Shown piece after piece: positions 20,001 through 30,049 of a stretch of DNA of 64,000 nucleotides. The stretch is from positions 4,512,001 to 4,576,000 of the forward strand of contig CBDCTK010000002.1 in the NCBI GenBank assembly GCA_965222225.1, read 5' to 3'. Within the stretch, counting starts at the first letter, position 1, and each line of letters opens with the position of its first letter. Origin of the DNA: Candidatus Poribacteria bacterium (lineage in GTDB: Bacteria; Poribacteria; WGA-4E; JAJDTR01). The notes under the pieces were generated by a model. The model was not told the DNA's origin, did no database searches, and worked only from the letters and a program-made list of their open reading frames with translations. The translations under genes were made by a program, and so were the position numbers.

Positions 20001-20586
20001 TTTCGGATACCTTGCCGTCAACGCTTATGCGTAACTCCCGGTTCTGAGATAGCGATCGATTGCTTCCAACAGAAATTCCGAATCTCTGTGATCCCGTAAC
20101 ATGCAGTTGCGATGGCGCCGTAGCCGGTCTGTCCAGGGTTCTCCTAGGCAATGATGTATCTCGGTCAGTGCCGGTACCCGCCTTTTCACGCGGTGCTTCC
20201 CGATGGAAAAGATCTCGTTGGTACTGTTTCTTGATAGCGAAGGGAAAGGTTTGGTAGGTAATCTCAAGGAGCGCGTCTTTGGCGAAATCGCGTTGGAGGG
20301 TGATTGCGCCTTCGCGGTAGTCAATCTGGTAATCAATTCCCCGCACAAGTGTCTCGCCATCAACTTTCAGCGTTTCACTGTTTCTGATAATGGGTAGGTA
20401 TTTCAGAGCAATTGGTGTCGGAAGGTCATTGAGTTGGTATTTCTCCGATTTGTGGAGCAGGGAGATGACCGGGAGTTCGAACTGACTCGCTTCATCTCCT
20501 GCCGGATCTGCCTTATCCGCGGCGTGAAGCGTAGAATTGAGTATTACGAATAGAAACAAACTCGGTATTGCCAGAAGTTTCCACAT
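17062..20586 (-). CDS. Large secreted/outer-membrane beta-rich protein
   Basis: Signal peptide; DYQIDYREGAI and DYVI...IEF repeats; amphipathic beta-strand pattern in C-terminal half. Confidence 0.65.
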   Translation of the reverse strand: MWKLLAIPSLFLFVILNSTLHAADKADPAGDEASQFELPVISLLHKSEKYQLNDLPTPIALKYLPIIRNSETLKVDGETLVRGIDYQIDYREGAITLQRDFAKDALLEITYQTFPFAIKKQYQRDLFHREAPREKAGTGTDRDTSLPRRTLDRPATAPSQLHVTGSQRFGISVGSNRSLSQNRELRISVDGKVSENVSVIASLSDQDLPIQASGTTEDIQDIDQKLIRITSPNVTATLGDYEGSLGNSEFIFFPRALEGVQVEGDFKWGKFHLIPSSIPKGQSTSKVIRGEEGRSEYRIDADGEFVVVKAGSDIVWLNGERMRRGKNNDYVIREYGDPTIEFTNKHLITSNDVIRVDFEFIPEDRAYQRNLYGASGSLNLPGDRVTLGAAYAVESDLDNIENAFIVISDQDLIDFRRNELDPDGDGKPLIPPEKHSVWGLDGALNLSDQTSLTGEVAFSALDKNTFSDLDSKVISRAWKLLALSSYEKIRLNLDVRSLDADFVPVGASSTNRSRFQYEEQYKQERFDDLYLLEGRAPRQSSDERSLDFDLQFKPFTWLGFNSGLGRTEERFRATAPASAKSEGDGVNDSESVPRTPGDDITIRDNLNWAVDFSPLKIPRLKWNVRRSASKIRGTDQFRKENQQWNLVHRLRALNLSAATEQLESLDLDYTDGANLNRRRNISTGRMDVVNFKWASPNSLYSIEKSFGKEDLLTVDGETLAFSDWKLQTTARTWTVGFFSQPRKWANLTSNISRRVFEARHKLNNDVTTQLADISVRLTPFNRALYGEITYELDKKLATERREIYSNINPFTGREIEPGEGFYVKIDDLHYREDSEEGNYIKIIQNVDDKPVSAIDAKLRLRFRPRQIFSRRRRAGRFSTSKIGILPTDSKLPPRDGSKRLGEESPEHTTALEWLAEAISGEIRFDLREEQEEADSASLYLLRDLRNDRTLFGQERQRYQLKFSPSTTLNLNLNYNRSQTLNRRVNNRERWRSNRDWDINLTLNPTRRISFVGRWEQRREQEQFSQLANEAETSNRISDLVQFERRREIDFRYEFNRALRLSLTGGYETTSDLEKLADEPEAHTRTLSIENRLIYSLIRKGRIDFNYRLGFGDSTGGIPFTRYHFHEGLSHEIRANAEYKVRKVTDLLLRFKYRLLSTKQEAPEHRIEMEMVAEL

Positions 20587-20799
20587 ATAAGCGCATCCAG
20601 ATCGGCTTGCTACGTGAATCTACAAATAATTACGGTGAAATGAATCTTCAGCAGTCTTCACGTAATATTGTCCTTATTTGTTACAGATTGTCCTCCTTTC
20701 TTCAAGGATTTCAATTTCCGTTGATGTGGTCCGTGTTTCTCAATCGAAAGTATTCCGAGACCAAAGTTATTATGCGTTGTATTTTCCAGTTGGCATTCC

Positions 20800-21471
20800 T
20801 CAAACGGGCGGAATGCACTCGGGCGAGTCATTTTTTGGTTGGTTCACCAGGCGCGAGACCGCAAAATTCTCCATCTCCTCTGCGGGATAGGACGTGAGAA
20901 GGTGATTCAGCGTAGCGGGATCACATTCGACCGGGGCCAGCCACAGGTCATACGCGTCTTGGTCCAAGATAACCGGCATTCGGTGGTGAATTGGCTCCAA
21001 CATTTCGTTTGCAGGACAGGTAATGATTGAGCACGACAGCACAGGTTCAACTTCGCCCTGCGGTCGTCAAGCTTCCCAAAGCCCGGCAAAGGCAAAAGGT
21101 TGCTCCGACGCCATCCGGATGTAAAACGGTGTCTTGGCACTTCCACCGGGCTCTTTTCGCCATTCGTAATAACCATCGACAAGGACGAGACAGCGACGAC
21201 ATTTGTAGGCGTTTCGGATCGAAGGTTTTTCGGAAAGCGTCTCTGCTCGTGCATTTATCATTCGGTTACCGATTTTCGGGTCTTTTGCCCATGGTGGAAT
21301 GAGTCCTGAACGGAAGAATTCGATTCATTCAATGCCGTTGTTCGGCACAACAGCGACAGGCTGTGTTGGGGCAATGTTGTAACGTGGCGTGAAGGCGTCG
21401 GACACCTCGAATTCGAGGAGGAATCTTATAAAGTTCATTGGGTCGGTTGCGAAGGTGAATCTGCCGCACAT
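20800..21471 (-). pseudogene. SOS response-associated peptidase (SRAP/YedK) pseudogene
   Basis: MCGRF start, PRYNIAPTQ, INARAET, DGYYEW, HHRMPVIL in one frame; TGA at 21325-21327 and 21067-21069. Confidence 0.85.
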
Positions 21472-21506
21472 AATTGTCTCCTAGTTGCAGAATGGAACCG
21501 ATTTAA

Positions 21507-21824
21507 GAGTCTGTTTGAATAAAAGATGACAAAGCCATTCTTGGACATTCGAGTTGTTATTACCTGTGGGTTCTCTATCGCGCTCCGTGTTCAGTTACTC
21601 AATCCTGCTTTGTAGCACCGAGCTGTGTGCGCGATCCCGGAACTATATTGCGCTAGGAGGTCGCAATCGGGACATCGTTCCTACAGTAGGTCGTAGTAGC
21701 GCAATTCATTAAGCGTCCGGCTCATCGTTCAATCGTTGTACGTTGCTTGCCATGTTGTTTAGTGTAGAAACGGGCATTAAACTACTCCACTACGAATCTT
21801 AGGTATTCAACTGCGTAGGTACTA
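21507..21824. repeat. Mosaic of degenerate MITE left end, 37-nt element, REPs and a second repeat family
   Basis: GAGTCTGTTTGAATAA...CAAAGCCATT; 21764-21801 matches 36452-36490; ends ACTGCGTAGGTACTA. Confidence 0.65.
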
Positions 21825-23864
21825 ACTCTCGTCGCGGAGGAGGCGCCGCATAATCTTGTTGGATGCTGTTCGAGGCAATGAATCACGAATCACCACATCG
21901 TGGATTTTGAAAAGAGGGTTGAGTTGTTCGCGGATCGCCACTCGTAGAGCAGCACTTAACGAAGCTTTATCTGGATATGCCTCTGGCAGCAAGACGGCGT
22001 GAATTATCAACTGACTTGGTCCTCCATCTTTGGGAGACACAGCCATGGCTGCGGTCTCACGAACGCCGCTCACGGTATTGAGAACCTGTTCAATCTCCGC
22101 CGAGCTGACTTTAATCCCATTTAAGTTCATCGTATCATCCACGCGACCATGAACCCGGTAGAATCCACCAGCCAAGCGTTCAACCTGGTCTCCGTGACGG
22201 CGAAGCGGCTCAGTATTAGGAATAGTCGGAGTTCCTTCAAAATAGACCTCGTGGTGGTCGCTGCCCAATAACTCTGTCGAGAGACCCATGGACGGTGGGA
22301 TGAGAAAAACTTCTCCGTTGTCAGTGTGGTTTCCCTCCGCGTCAAGAATGACAAGGTCGGAGCCCAATGCAGGCGTCGTAAACGTGGCTGGCGCAGCGGG
22401 CTGTATGAGTGTGCCTGTGATATAGCCGCCGCCGATTTCCGTTCCTCCACAATACTCGATTATTGGCCGATATTCCGCTAACGACATCAGAAATAGCATA
22501 TCCTCCCGATTGGAACATTCGCCGGTTGAACTGAAGGCTTTTATCTTGCGCCAATCAAGACCCTTCATACATTCCGTATTTTTCCACGCCCTGACCAAGC
22601 TTGGCACAACCCCAAGCATCGTGACACCGGCATCCTGTACAAACTCGCCAAACTCTCTGTCCGTTGGTAAGCCGTCATATAGAGCCATCGTTGCTTTGTT
22701 GATTAGACTTGCGTAGATTAGCCAAGGTCCCATCATCCAACCGAGATTGGTGGGCCAAGCCAATACATCTCCGGGCTTAATATCGTGATGTAAGTAAGCG
22801 TCTAGCGCACATTTGATGGGCGTTGTATGCGTCCAAGGTATGGCTTTAGGCGTTCCAGTAGTTCCGGAGGAGAACAGGATGTTCGTATGTCCATGCGGGT
22901 GACAGGCGACCGAGTTAAATTCGTCCCTATCACTTAGAAACTGTTCCCAAGTCAAATCCCGCGGTCGCAATTCGAGCGGCAATGTCGATTCTTCGCTAGC
23001 ACACAGAACGACAGCTTTCGGCGCGCCGGCAGCAATTACCTTAGAATATAGCGGCAACTGCGTGTCGCCACGAAAAATGACATCTTGAGTAAAAACTGCT
23101 TTTGTATCCGCAATTTTGAGACGGGTTTCTATCTCGTGCGGCGCAAAGCTATCGGCAACCGAAACTACCGTGCATCCCGCTTTGATGATTCCCAAATAGA
23201 TGGCAACCGATTCAGGCGTCATCGGCATGTCAACCGCGATAGAATCGCCTGCCGTGAATCTGGCGTCCACTAGTGAATTGGCGACCCGATTTGACATAGA
23301 ATCAAGTTCGTTGTAGGTTAATGTTGAGAGCGGCGTTCTTTCCGATTTTGAGACGATTGCGGGGGCATTCCCCAATGCCCTGAAGCAACTGTCCGCGATA
23401 TTCAACGCAGCTCCCGCGAGCCACTGCGGAGATTCTGCATTGCAGGACAATTCTACAACTGCCTCGAAGGGCTTGCTGAACCGAATTTCCAACCTATCTA
23501 CCATTAGTTCAAAGAAACTAGCGCGATTCTCGACCGACCATACGTGGAAATCTCCGTAAGACTCAATGCCCAATTCCCTCATCAATCCGGTAATATTTGC
23601 CCGTTGAACCTGTTCATCAGAGGGAAACCAAGCTGGGGCGGGCCCATCGTGTGATGTATTCCAGTCGGAAAAGGCGCACTCATGCAATAGCTTGTGGAGG
23701 ACAAATGGATGGGAAGGCGTCAAGACTTCATCGGTGATTCGTTTCCAGCATTGCGAGGGTGGCAGCGATTGGAGCAGGGGATTTACTTGCTTTAGTATCT
23801 TGGACGCGCCGGATTTGTCTAACCCGCATTGACTAAGTTGATTAAGATTCAGTTGAGTAGCCAT
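21822..23864 (-). CDS. AMP-binding acyl-CoA synthetase (acetate/acetoacetate-CoA ligase-like)
   Basis: FSSGTTGTPK, GWMMGP, YCGGTE, GRVDD, LPRTASNKIMRR motifs. Confidence 0.88.
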   Translation of the reverse strand: MATQLNLNQLSQCGLDKSGASKILKQVNPLLQSLPPSQCWKRITDEVLTPSHPFVLHKLLHECAFSDWNTSHDGPAPAWFPSDEQVQRANITGLMRELGIESYGDFHVWSVENRASFFELMVDRLEIRFSKPFEAVVELSCNAESPQWLAGAALNIADSCFRALGNAPAIVSKSERTPLSTLTYNELDSMSNRVANSLVDARFTAGDSIAVDMPMTPESVAIYLGIIKAGCTVVSVADSFAPHEIETRLKIADTKAVFTQDVIFRGDTQLPLYSKVIAAGAPKAVVLCASEESTLPLELRPRDLTWEQFLSDRDEFNSVACHPHGHTNILFSSGTTGTPKAIPWTHTTPIKCALDAYLHHDIKPGDVLAWPTNLGWMMGPWLIYASLINKATMALYDGLPTDREFGEFVQDAGVTMLGVVPSLVRAWKNTECMKGLDWRKIKAFSSTGECSNREDMLFLMSLAEYRPIIEYCGGTEIGGGYITGTLIQPAAPATFTTPALGSDLVILDAEGNHTDNGEVFLIPPSMGLSTELLGSDHHEVYFEGTPTIPNTEPLRRHGDQVERLAGGFYRVHGRVDDTMNLNGIKVSSAEIEQVLNTVSGVRETAAMAVSPKDGGPSQLIIHAVLLPEAYPDKASLSAALRVAIREQLNPLFKIHDVVIRDSLPRTASNKIMRRLLRDES

Positions 23865-23945
23865 GTGAAGCGCTTCTGGTCTTGTTGGTCTATCGACGTT
23901 CTAGAACGAGAAGAGATTGTACTAAATGTGGGTGTCTTCGTAAAT

Positions 23946-24722
23946 CTAACGTGCGGTCCAGCCCAGGTCAATCGCCCAATCGGCGCCGGTAATAACTCCC
24001 GCTTCCTCGGAGCAGAGGTAAACAACGAGCGAGGCAATCTCCTCCGGTCGAATAAGCCGCTTAATTGCCGCGGGCGCCAACATCACCTGTTCCAATACTT
24101 CATCGCGCGTGAGTTGATGTGTCTCTGCCTGATCGGCAATCTGTTCCTCAACCAAGGGTGTCTGCACATATCCTGGACAGATTGCATTCACGGTGATGCC
24201 GTGCGCTCCGCCTTCCAGTGCGGCAGAGCGGGTAAAACCGATTAACCCATGCTTTGCCGTAACGTAAGCGCTCTTGAAGGGGGATGCCACGCGCCCGTGA
24301 ATTGAAGAGATGTTGATAATTCGCCCCCAACCGTTGGCTTTCATCGCTTGCCAGACATGTTGGGTTAGTAGGAAAGGCGCGGTAAGCATGACGGCGATCA
24401 TTTTGTCCCAGATTTCCGGAGGAAAGGTTTCAATGGATTCAACATGTTGGAGACCGGCGTTGTTGACCAAAATGTCAACTCTACCGTGCCAATCCAAGGT
24501 TTCGGCGATTAGGCGTAGACAATCTTCGCGTTGAGACAAGTCGGCTTGGACGAATCGGGCATCTAATGCGTCAGCAGCAGCTTCACCACCCGCTTTGTCG
24601 ATGTCAGCCACAACCACTCGGTCGCCTCTTTGAGCCAGTGCTTGGGCAATTGAGCGCCCGATGCCACTCGCCGCCCCGGTGACGATCGCAACACTTTGAT
24701 CCATGTTTAGCCGTCCTGCCAT
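23946..24722 (-). CDS. D-3-hydroxybutyrate dehydrogenase (SDR)
   Basis: TGAASGIG, NNAGLQHV, SIHGRVASPFKSAYVTAKHG, CPGYVQTPLV motifs. Confidence 0.88.
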   Translation of the reverse strand: MAGRLNMDQSVAIVTGAASGIGRSIAQALAQRGDRVVVADIDKAGGEAAADALDARFVQADLSQREDCLRLIAETLDWHGRVDILVNNAGLQHVESIETFPPEIWDKMIAVMLTAPFLLTQHVWQAMKANGWGRIINISSIHGRVASPFKSAYVTAKHGLIGFTRSAALEGGAHGITVNAICPGYVQTPLVEEQIADQAETHQLTRDEVLEQVMLAPAAIKRLIRPEEIASLVVYLCSEEAGVITGADWAIDLGWTAR

Positions 24723-24813
24723 CAGTTCCTATGCCGTTTCTTAAATCTTAACCTATTATGGTGTGTTGTTCAACTGGCAAATTTTGGCAGCAACCTCGTG
24801 TCGCGGATTCTTC

Positions 24814-24902
24814 GTAGGGATCCAACGAACGAATAGATCAACCGAGCGGATAGCAATCCCATAGTGATCTCGGTGCGATTGAAATCTCTCGTTGTTCCCT
24901 AC
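24814..24902. repeat. GTAG...CTAC REP interrupted by nested 37-nt elements
   Basis: GTAGG[GATCC..GATCAACCGAGCGGATAG..GCGATTGAAATCTCTC]GTTGTTCCCTAC. Confidence 0.7.
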
Positions 24903-25014
24903 AGTACAGACAAATGAATTGACATCATTTGATTCACTTGTTAAAATTTAGTCGTTTGCGCCACGGCAGGAACTCACCTCATACGCGATTCATTGCAATC
25001 TAAAGAACGGGAAA

Positions 25015-25467
25015 ATGATGAGACTACGAACCAGAGCACGGGCATGTGCTCTCCAGATGTTATATCAAGCCGAGATGACACAGGATTCGATTGGCTATGT
25101 TCAGAAGCTTTTCTGGCAATCGGAAAATGCGCCCGAGCATGTGCGAGAATTCGCTAATCCTCTCGTCGAAGGTACGTTTGAACATCGGGCGACGATTGAT
25201 TCGGCAATACGGTCTACCGCCGACAACTGGACGCTTGAACGCATGCCGATCGTGGATCTCTGTATTCTGCGCAGCGCTACTTATGAGCTCCTTTATCTCG
25301 TTGATATACCCCCCGCTGTCTCAATTAACGAAGCGGTTGAACTTGCCAAGACTTATAGCACTGACGATTCCCCGAAATTTGTAAATGGCGTTTTGGATCG
25401 AATCAAGGAGATTGCGTCGACGATGACCGGATGGGAACACCTGCGAACCAGTGGAGGCAATAGTTGA
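25015..25467 (+). CDS. nusB: Transcription antitermination factor NusB
   Basis: [35 protein letters not shown] motifs. Confidence 0.93.
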   Translation: MMRLRTRARACALQMLYQAEMTQDSIGYVQKLFWQSENAPEHVREFANPLVEGTFEHRATIDSAIRSTADNWTLERMPIVDLCILRSATYELLYLVDIPPAVSINEAVELAKTYSTDDSPKFVNGVLDRIKEIASTMTGWEHLRTSGGNS

Positions 25468-27251
25468 CGCAATTCCGACAATTCCTGATTGGTGTTCTAA
25501 TTCTAGCAATGCCTGTTGCCGTACACGCTCACCGAGAAATCAAATTCATTCAAGAGTTCGGAGGAAAAGGGGAACAGGGAGGTCAGTTCGCCGAGAACGT
25601 GTATATCGCTTTCGATAGAGAAGGCGGAATCTATATTACGGACACCGACAATTTCAGGATCCAAAAGCTCAACCCCAAAGGGCAACTTCAGTTTGAGATC
25701 CAAACAAGCGCGGAACAGTTTTCGCTCATCAACCCTACGGATATTGCTGTCGGGAAAGATGGCACAATTTACGTGGTGGACTGGATTCTCACTCCGATTG
25801 AGGGAACAAATAATCCGAAAATCTTCAACTATGGCCCCTGTGTCCACCGATTTGATGCGGAGGGCACGTTTGTCGCCAGTTATCCGATTCAAAATCTCTC
25901 TCAGCGGATAGCGCCACTTGAGTCCGCCGTGCCGGGCATTGATGCGGAGGGGAATTATGCACTTATCATTCCTCAAGGGGACACCCAACGCTCCTTTCTA
26001 CTCACGGTTGATCGAAACGGAGCCATCTATGTTTTAGATACCGGGGTTATCCATAAACTCGACGCTAATGGTCGTACCATTGCGACCTACCCGATGTCTC
26101 AACCCAAGGTCGGACAAGTGACTAAGGCGGTAGATATGACGGTGGACGGGGATGGGAATCTCTACCTCGTTGACAAAGCCGCCCATCGTGTCCTGAAGTA
26201 TGATTCCGACGGGAACTACCTAACAGCGTTTGGTCAATACGGCGATCGGGCAGGACAGTTTGTCTCGCCATTCCTCATTTTTGCCCGAGACGACGGAGCG
26301 ATTCTGATTGCCGATAGCGCCAAATATAAACTAGACTACAAGTCGGATTTGCCAAGGAGGCAGCACGATCCGTTTCAATTTGGGCGATTACCGTACCGCG
26401 TATTTCGGACTCGGATGCGCAGAGTTCAGCGGTTCACGCCGGATGGTGAATATAAAGAGAAAACCCTAATCCGATTCGGCAGAGAAAACGAGTTGCACAC
26501 CCATCTGAAACTGAAAGCGATTGATTACAGTGGGAATTTGTACTTCCTCGACACGGAGAGCCTACAATTCAGAAAGTTTACTTCTATCGGTGGGCTTGTT
26601 CCGTCCGCATTTGATGTGGAAGCCAAATTTGGCTACACGTTCGAGATTCATGACGCGGAGATTGATAATCAGGACGATCTTGACGCCGACCTTTATAGCG
26701 GCGCCGATTTTGACGAGCGCCTCGTGCTGAACGAGGCGAACACCAAACTCAAGCTCGCCTACCTTGTGAATGAGGACCTCCGCTGCTCAATCTCCAATAC
26801 CTTGGCTTACCTGTGGATGTCGGACAAAAGTTTCTATCGTGCGCGAGAGTTTGAGGATTTTCGCGGGAGTTTCAATCAGGATGACGAATCCAAACAGACA
26901 TTTTGGGATGATCGGATTCAGGTTGACCTGATTGTGACGCGCGATCATCGTCCGTACCATTACAGGGAGGCTAAGGGGTTCCTTTACCTGAATGTCATAC
27001 GCAACGATTACATAAACGCCGCACTCAGCTTATCCAACAATAGGCGCTTTGATTTTCAAGCACGGATTTCGGACTGGGGCGGCGGCATTTATTACGATCT
27101 GAGCAGGGCGTTTCGGCTTCAGTTTGAGGTCAACCATTTCTTCGGCTATAACACCTATACATATATTGATGAGACAAAAATTTTGTACGCAACCGGGTTC
27201 GTGGAAAGTGATTATACGTTGGCACTCTTGACAGTTGATGGCAGGTTTTGA
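25464..27251 (+). CDS. Secreted NHL-repeat protein with C-terminal beta-barrel-like region
   Basis: Signal peptide; [42 protein letters not shown] repeats; terminal Phe. Confidence 0.7.
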   Translation: MTQFRQFLIGVLILAMPVAVHAHREIKFIQEFGGKGEQGGQFAENVYIAFDREGGIYITDTDNFRIQKLNPKGQLQFEIQTSAEQFSLINPTDIAVGKDGTIYVVDWILTPIEGTNNPKIFNYGPCVHRFDAEGTFVASYPIQNLSQRIAPLESAVPGIDAEGNYALIIPQGDTQRSFLLTVDRNGAIYVLDTGVIHKLDANGRTIATYPMSQPKVGQVTKAVDMTVDGDGNLYLVDKAAHRVLKYDSDGNYLTAFGQYGDRAGQFVSPFLIFARDDGAILIADSAKYKLDYKSDLPRRQHDPFQFGRLPYRVFRTRMRRVQRFTPDGEYKEKTLIRFGRENELHTHLKLKAIDYSGNLYFLDTESLQFRKFTSIGGLVPSAFDVEAKFGYTFEIHDAEIDNQDDLDADLYSGADFDERLVLNEANTKLKLAYLVNEDLRCSISNTLAYLWMSDKSFYRAREFEDFRGSFNQDDESKQTFWDDRIQVDLIVTRDHRPYHYREAKGFLYLNVIRNDYINAALSLSNNRRFDFQARISDWGGGIYYDLSRAFRLQFEVNHFFGYNTYTYIDETKILYATGFVESDYTLALLTVDGRF

Positions 27252-27276
27252 TGCCTCCCATCGGAAGGAGAAATTC

Positions 27277-28023
27277 ATGAGTCAATTCGTCGCTGATTTT
27301 GAAGCCTATATACCCACCGAGTTTAACGGAAAACCGTACGGAAAGCCCGGTGTTCTGTCCACGATGGATGAGGCAGGTATTGATACTAGCGTGGTCTTCA
27401 TGGGCGGCTTGCCAAACGATCCGCGAGAGGGCAACGCGGAGCTACTGAGGGAGGTCAAAGGCGAGGCACGGATTCTTCCCGGCGCTCTCATCAATCCCAC
27501 GATGGGGCCTCTTGCAACCGACGACCTGAAGCGATGCGTCGATCGGGGGGCGCGGACAGCTAAGTTAATGGCTGCCGCTCACCGCTATCACCTTGATTCC
27601 GCCTGCGTCGATCCGATAATAGAACTCGCAGACTCACTTGGGATTCCCGCAACGATTCATTCGGGATCTCCCATGAGCGGGTGCTCACCGGAATTTATCG
27701 GGACGCTCGCCAAACGTCATCCGAATGTGGTAATCATCATGGATCACATGGGTTATCGCGAGTGGATTGGGCACGCCGTGCAGGCGGCAGTAGAGAATCC
27801 GCAGATTTATCTTGGCACCACGCTCATCGCGGCAGCGGAGCCGATTTCAGTTAAGGGTGTGGCGCACGGCGGGCAGGTCGGCGCTGATCGCATCGTATTC
27901 GGGTCAAACGCGCCGTCCGGCGTGGCTACGCACGGCGTCAACGGTATCCGAAATGTCAGGTTTACCGACGAAGAGGAGGCACTCATCCTAGGAGAGAATT
28001 TCAAGCGGATTTATGGAATCTGA
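27277..28023 (+). CDS. Amidohydrolase_2 family protein
   Basis: MDEAGID, TIHSG, IMDHMG, IVFGSNAP, ILGENFKR; GGAG RBS before ATG 27277. Confidence 0.75.
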   Translation: MSQFVADFEAYIPTEFNGKPYGKPGVLSTMDEAGIDTSVVFMGGLPNDPREGNAELLREVKGEARILPGALINPTMGPLATDDLKRCVDRGARTAKLMAAAHRYHLDSACVDPIIELADSLGIPATIHSGSPMSGCSPEFIGTLAKRHPNVVIIMDHMGYREWIGHAVQAAVENPQIYLGTTLIAAAEPISVKGVAHGGQVGADRIVFGSNAPSGVATHGVNGIRNVRFTDEEEALILGENFKRIYGI

Positions 28024-28582
28024 AAGTCGCCGTATGAAGCAGTTGCGGGGCAAACCGCTCAAGGATTACTTGAAGCAGGTCGAACATCCCGGGACGGATC
28101 TTGTCATCGTATTGCAGGATGTGGAGGATCCGGTTAATGTTGGCGCTGCATTCCGAATTGCAGATGCCTGCGATGCGCGTGAACTCGCTTTGACAGGGAC
28201 GACTCCGGTTCCGCCCCATCCTTCGATTGCTGGCATCGGACGCGGAACGCATCGGCGCGTAAACTGGCGCTATTCGAATTCGGCGTCGGAGGCGATTCAA
28301 GGTTTCAAGGAACGCGGGTATACAAGCTGTGCCATAGAGGTTGCCTCGAACTCTTTACCCTACTACGAGGTTGAATATCCGGATAAAGTTTGCCTAATAC
28401 TGGGGAACGAATATTACGGGGTCGCAAAGCGAACAATTTCCGTCTGTGATATGGCGATTTATATCCCGATGTACGGGAAGGTGATGTCGCTGAATGTGCA
28501 CGTTGCGCTTGGGATTGCGGCGTATCATATTATTCATAGTGATCGGATGCGGGGACAACGACACGAGTTCCAGACGGAATGA
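28013..28582 (+). CDS. TrmH/SpoU family RNA methyltransferase
   Basis: DPVNVGAAFR, LGNEYYG, IPMYG..SLNV SPOUT motifs. Confidence 0.88.
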   Translation: MESESRRMKQLRGKPLKDYLKQVEHPGTDLVIVLQDVEDPVNVGAAFRIADACDARELALTGTTPVPPHPSIAGIGRGTHRRVNWRYSNSASEAIQGFKERGYTSCAIEVASNSLPYYEVEYPDKVCLILGNEYYGVAKRTISVCDMAIYIPMYGKVMSLNVHVALGIAAYHIIHSDRMRGQRHEFQTE

Positions 28583-28741
28583 TCCCTCTGAACAGGTTAT
28601 TTGGACACATTTTCCGCTTGACAAAATCAAAGAGAGATAGAATCATGTAATCCGTTTGCCACCACAATAACGGATACTGGTTTGTACAACAGGCTCATAC
28701 GTATGAATTAGTATTTTGAAACCCGATAAGGAGACTGCAAG

Positions 28742-29791
28742 TTGAAAATAAGCTACTGGCATTGTCTGGCACTAATCTCAATTGTCGTATTGATAATGAG
28801 TTCCACGGCGGTCCTTGCAGATGGTGGAAAAATTAGCGGCCTTTACTTCGGCGATTATTATTACATCGCCGCGCACCACAACGAGGAACGGAAATCGCGC
28901 AACGGATTCTGGACGCGCCGCGTATACCTGACGTACGATCAGAAGTTGAATGAGACGTTCTCGTCGCGCCTGCGTTTCGAAATGAATAGTCCAGACGGTT
29001 TGAAGGCGGACGCCGCCGGCAAGAATATTCCGTATGTGAAGGATGCGTATTTGAGAGTGTCACCGAAGGGCTCGTCGCACAGTATCTATCTGGGACGGTC
29101 TACTGCACCAACCTATGCAGTGTTGGTCAAACTCTGGGGTTATCGAGCAGTTGAGAAGTCCATGCCTAACTTGCAGAAGTATGGCAGTACGCGGGACTTG
29201 GGGATTGCAGTGAAGGGCAAAGTGCCAGGAGTGGACATACTGAGTTATCACGCGATGGTTGGCAACGGCGCAAGCACTGGCACGGAGACCAACAAAGGCA
29301 AAAAGGGGTACCTGTCAACAACGCTTAGGCCCTCCGGAGGCGTTATTGTTCAGGGGTATGTGGACTATGAGGCAAGGGAACTCGACATGAATCGCATGAC
29401 CTTTATGGGAATCGTGGGATACCAAAAGGAAAAATATAGGGTTGGTGCGCTGCTCGCCCACCAGATTCGAGGTCGGGCGGAAGGGAAGGATGATGAAAGG
29501 CTTCAGGGACTGTCCGTCTTTGGAGCTGCCGCTGTAAAACCCGACAAGATTTGGGTGTTTGGGCGCGTTGACAAGATGTTGAGCGTAAACTCCGCGGGGC
29601 CAAAATTCACGTATACGCCAATGAGCGGTTCCGCAAAGTCGAATACGCTCATTGCAGGACTCGATTACCGCCCGGCGAAGAACGTACACATCATACCGAA
29701 TGTGTTCATGGTCATCTACGATTCGCCCGAGGAGGGTGAGAAGCCGGACGCCGATCTGATGACGCGCGTGACACTCTACTATAAGTTCTAG
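28742..29791 (+). CDS. Outer-membrane porin-like protein
   Basis: Signal peptide, RRVYLTY, YVKDAY, beta-strand alternation, C-terminal YYKF. Confidence 0.7.
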   Translation: MKISYWHCLALISIVVLIMSSTAVLADGGKISGLYFGDYYYIAAHHNEERKSRNGFWTRRVYLTYDQKLNETFSSRLRFEMNSPDGLKADAAGKNIPYVKDAYLRVSPKGSSHSIYLGRSTAPTYAVLVKLWGYRAVEKSMPNLQKYGSTRDLGIAVKGKVPGVDILSYHAMVGNGASTGTETNKGKKGYLSTTLRPSGGVIVQGYVDYEARELDMNRMTFMGIVGYQKEKYRVGALLAHQIRGRAEGKDDERLQGLSVFGAAAVKPDKIWVFGRVDKMLSVNSAGPKFTYTPMSGSAKSNTLIAGLDYRPAKNVHIIPNVFMVIYDSPEEGEKPDADLMTRVTLYYKF

Positions 29792-29917
29792 TGAATGACA
29801 TTTTTGTGGGTAATACCATGTCTCTAAAATTCAGGCGCCTTGATTGCAGGAGTTAAGTAAAGGAATTTGTGCGGCGTGGAGTAAGATGCCTGTCGCCGCG
29901 CAAAGTCTGCGGGGCAA

Positions 29918-29968
29918 GGGGATCTCTATCAGGATTTACTATCGCCTTCGCTATTCGCTCAGTTGATC
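29918..29968. repeat. 37-nt elements within a GCGGGGCAAG...CCCG REP-like stem
   Basis: Left half plus full unit AGGATTTACTATCGCCTTCGCTATTCGCTCAGTTGATC. Confidence 0.8.
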
Positions 29969-30049
29969 CCCGTCTATGGAGAAAGAAATTGAATAATCAA
30001 AACATCTTATGCACTATTATTCAAACGAAATGGTATACGGAGAACTAGA

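Noticed and set aside
2700-21471. Genome-wide UGA recoding suggested by several in-frame TGAs
   Set aside because: Many intact genes end in TGA at expected positions (moeA, phnA, ribH); the RelE and SRAP stops are not at Cys sites and lack the hairpin
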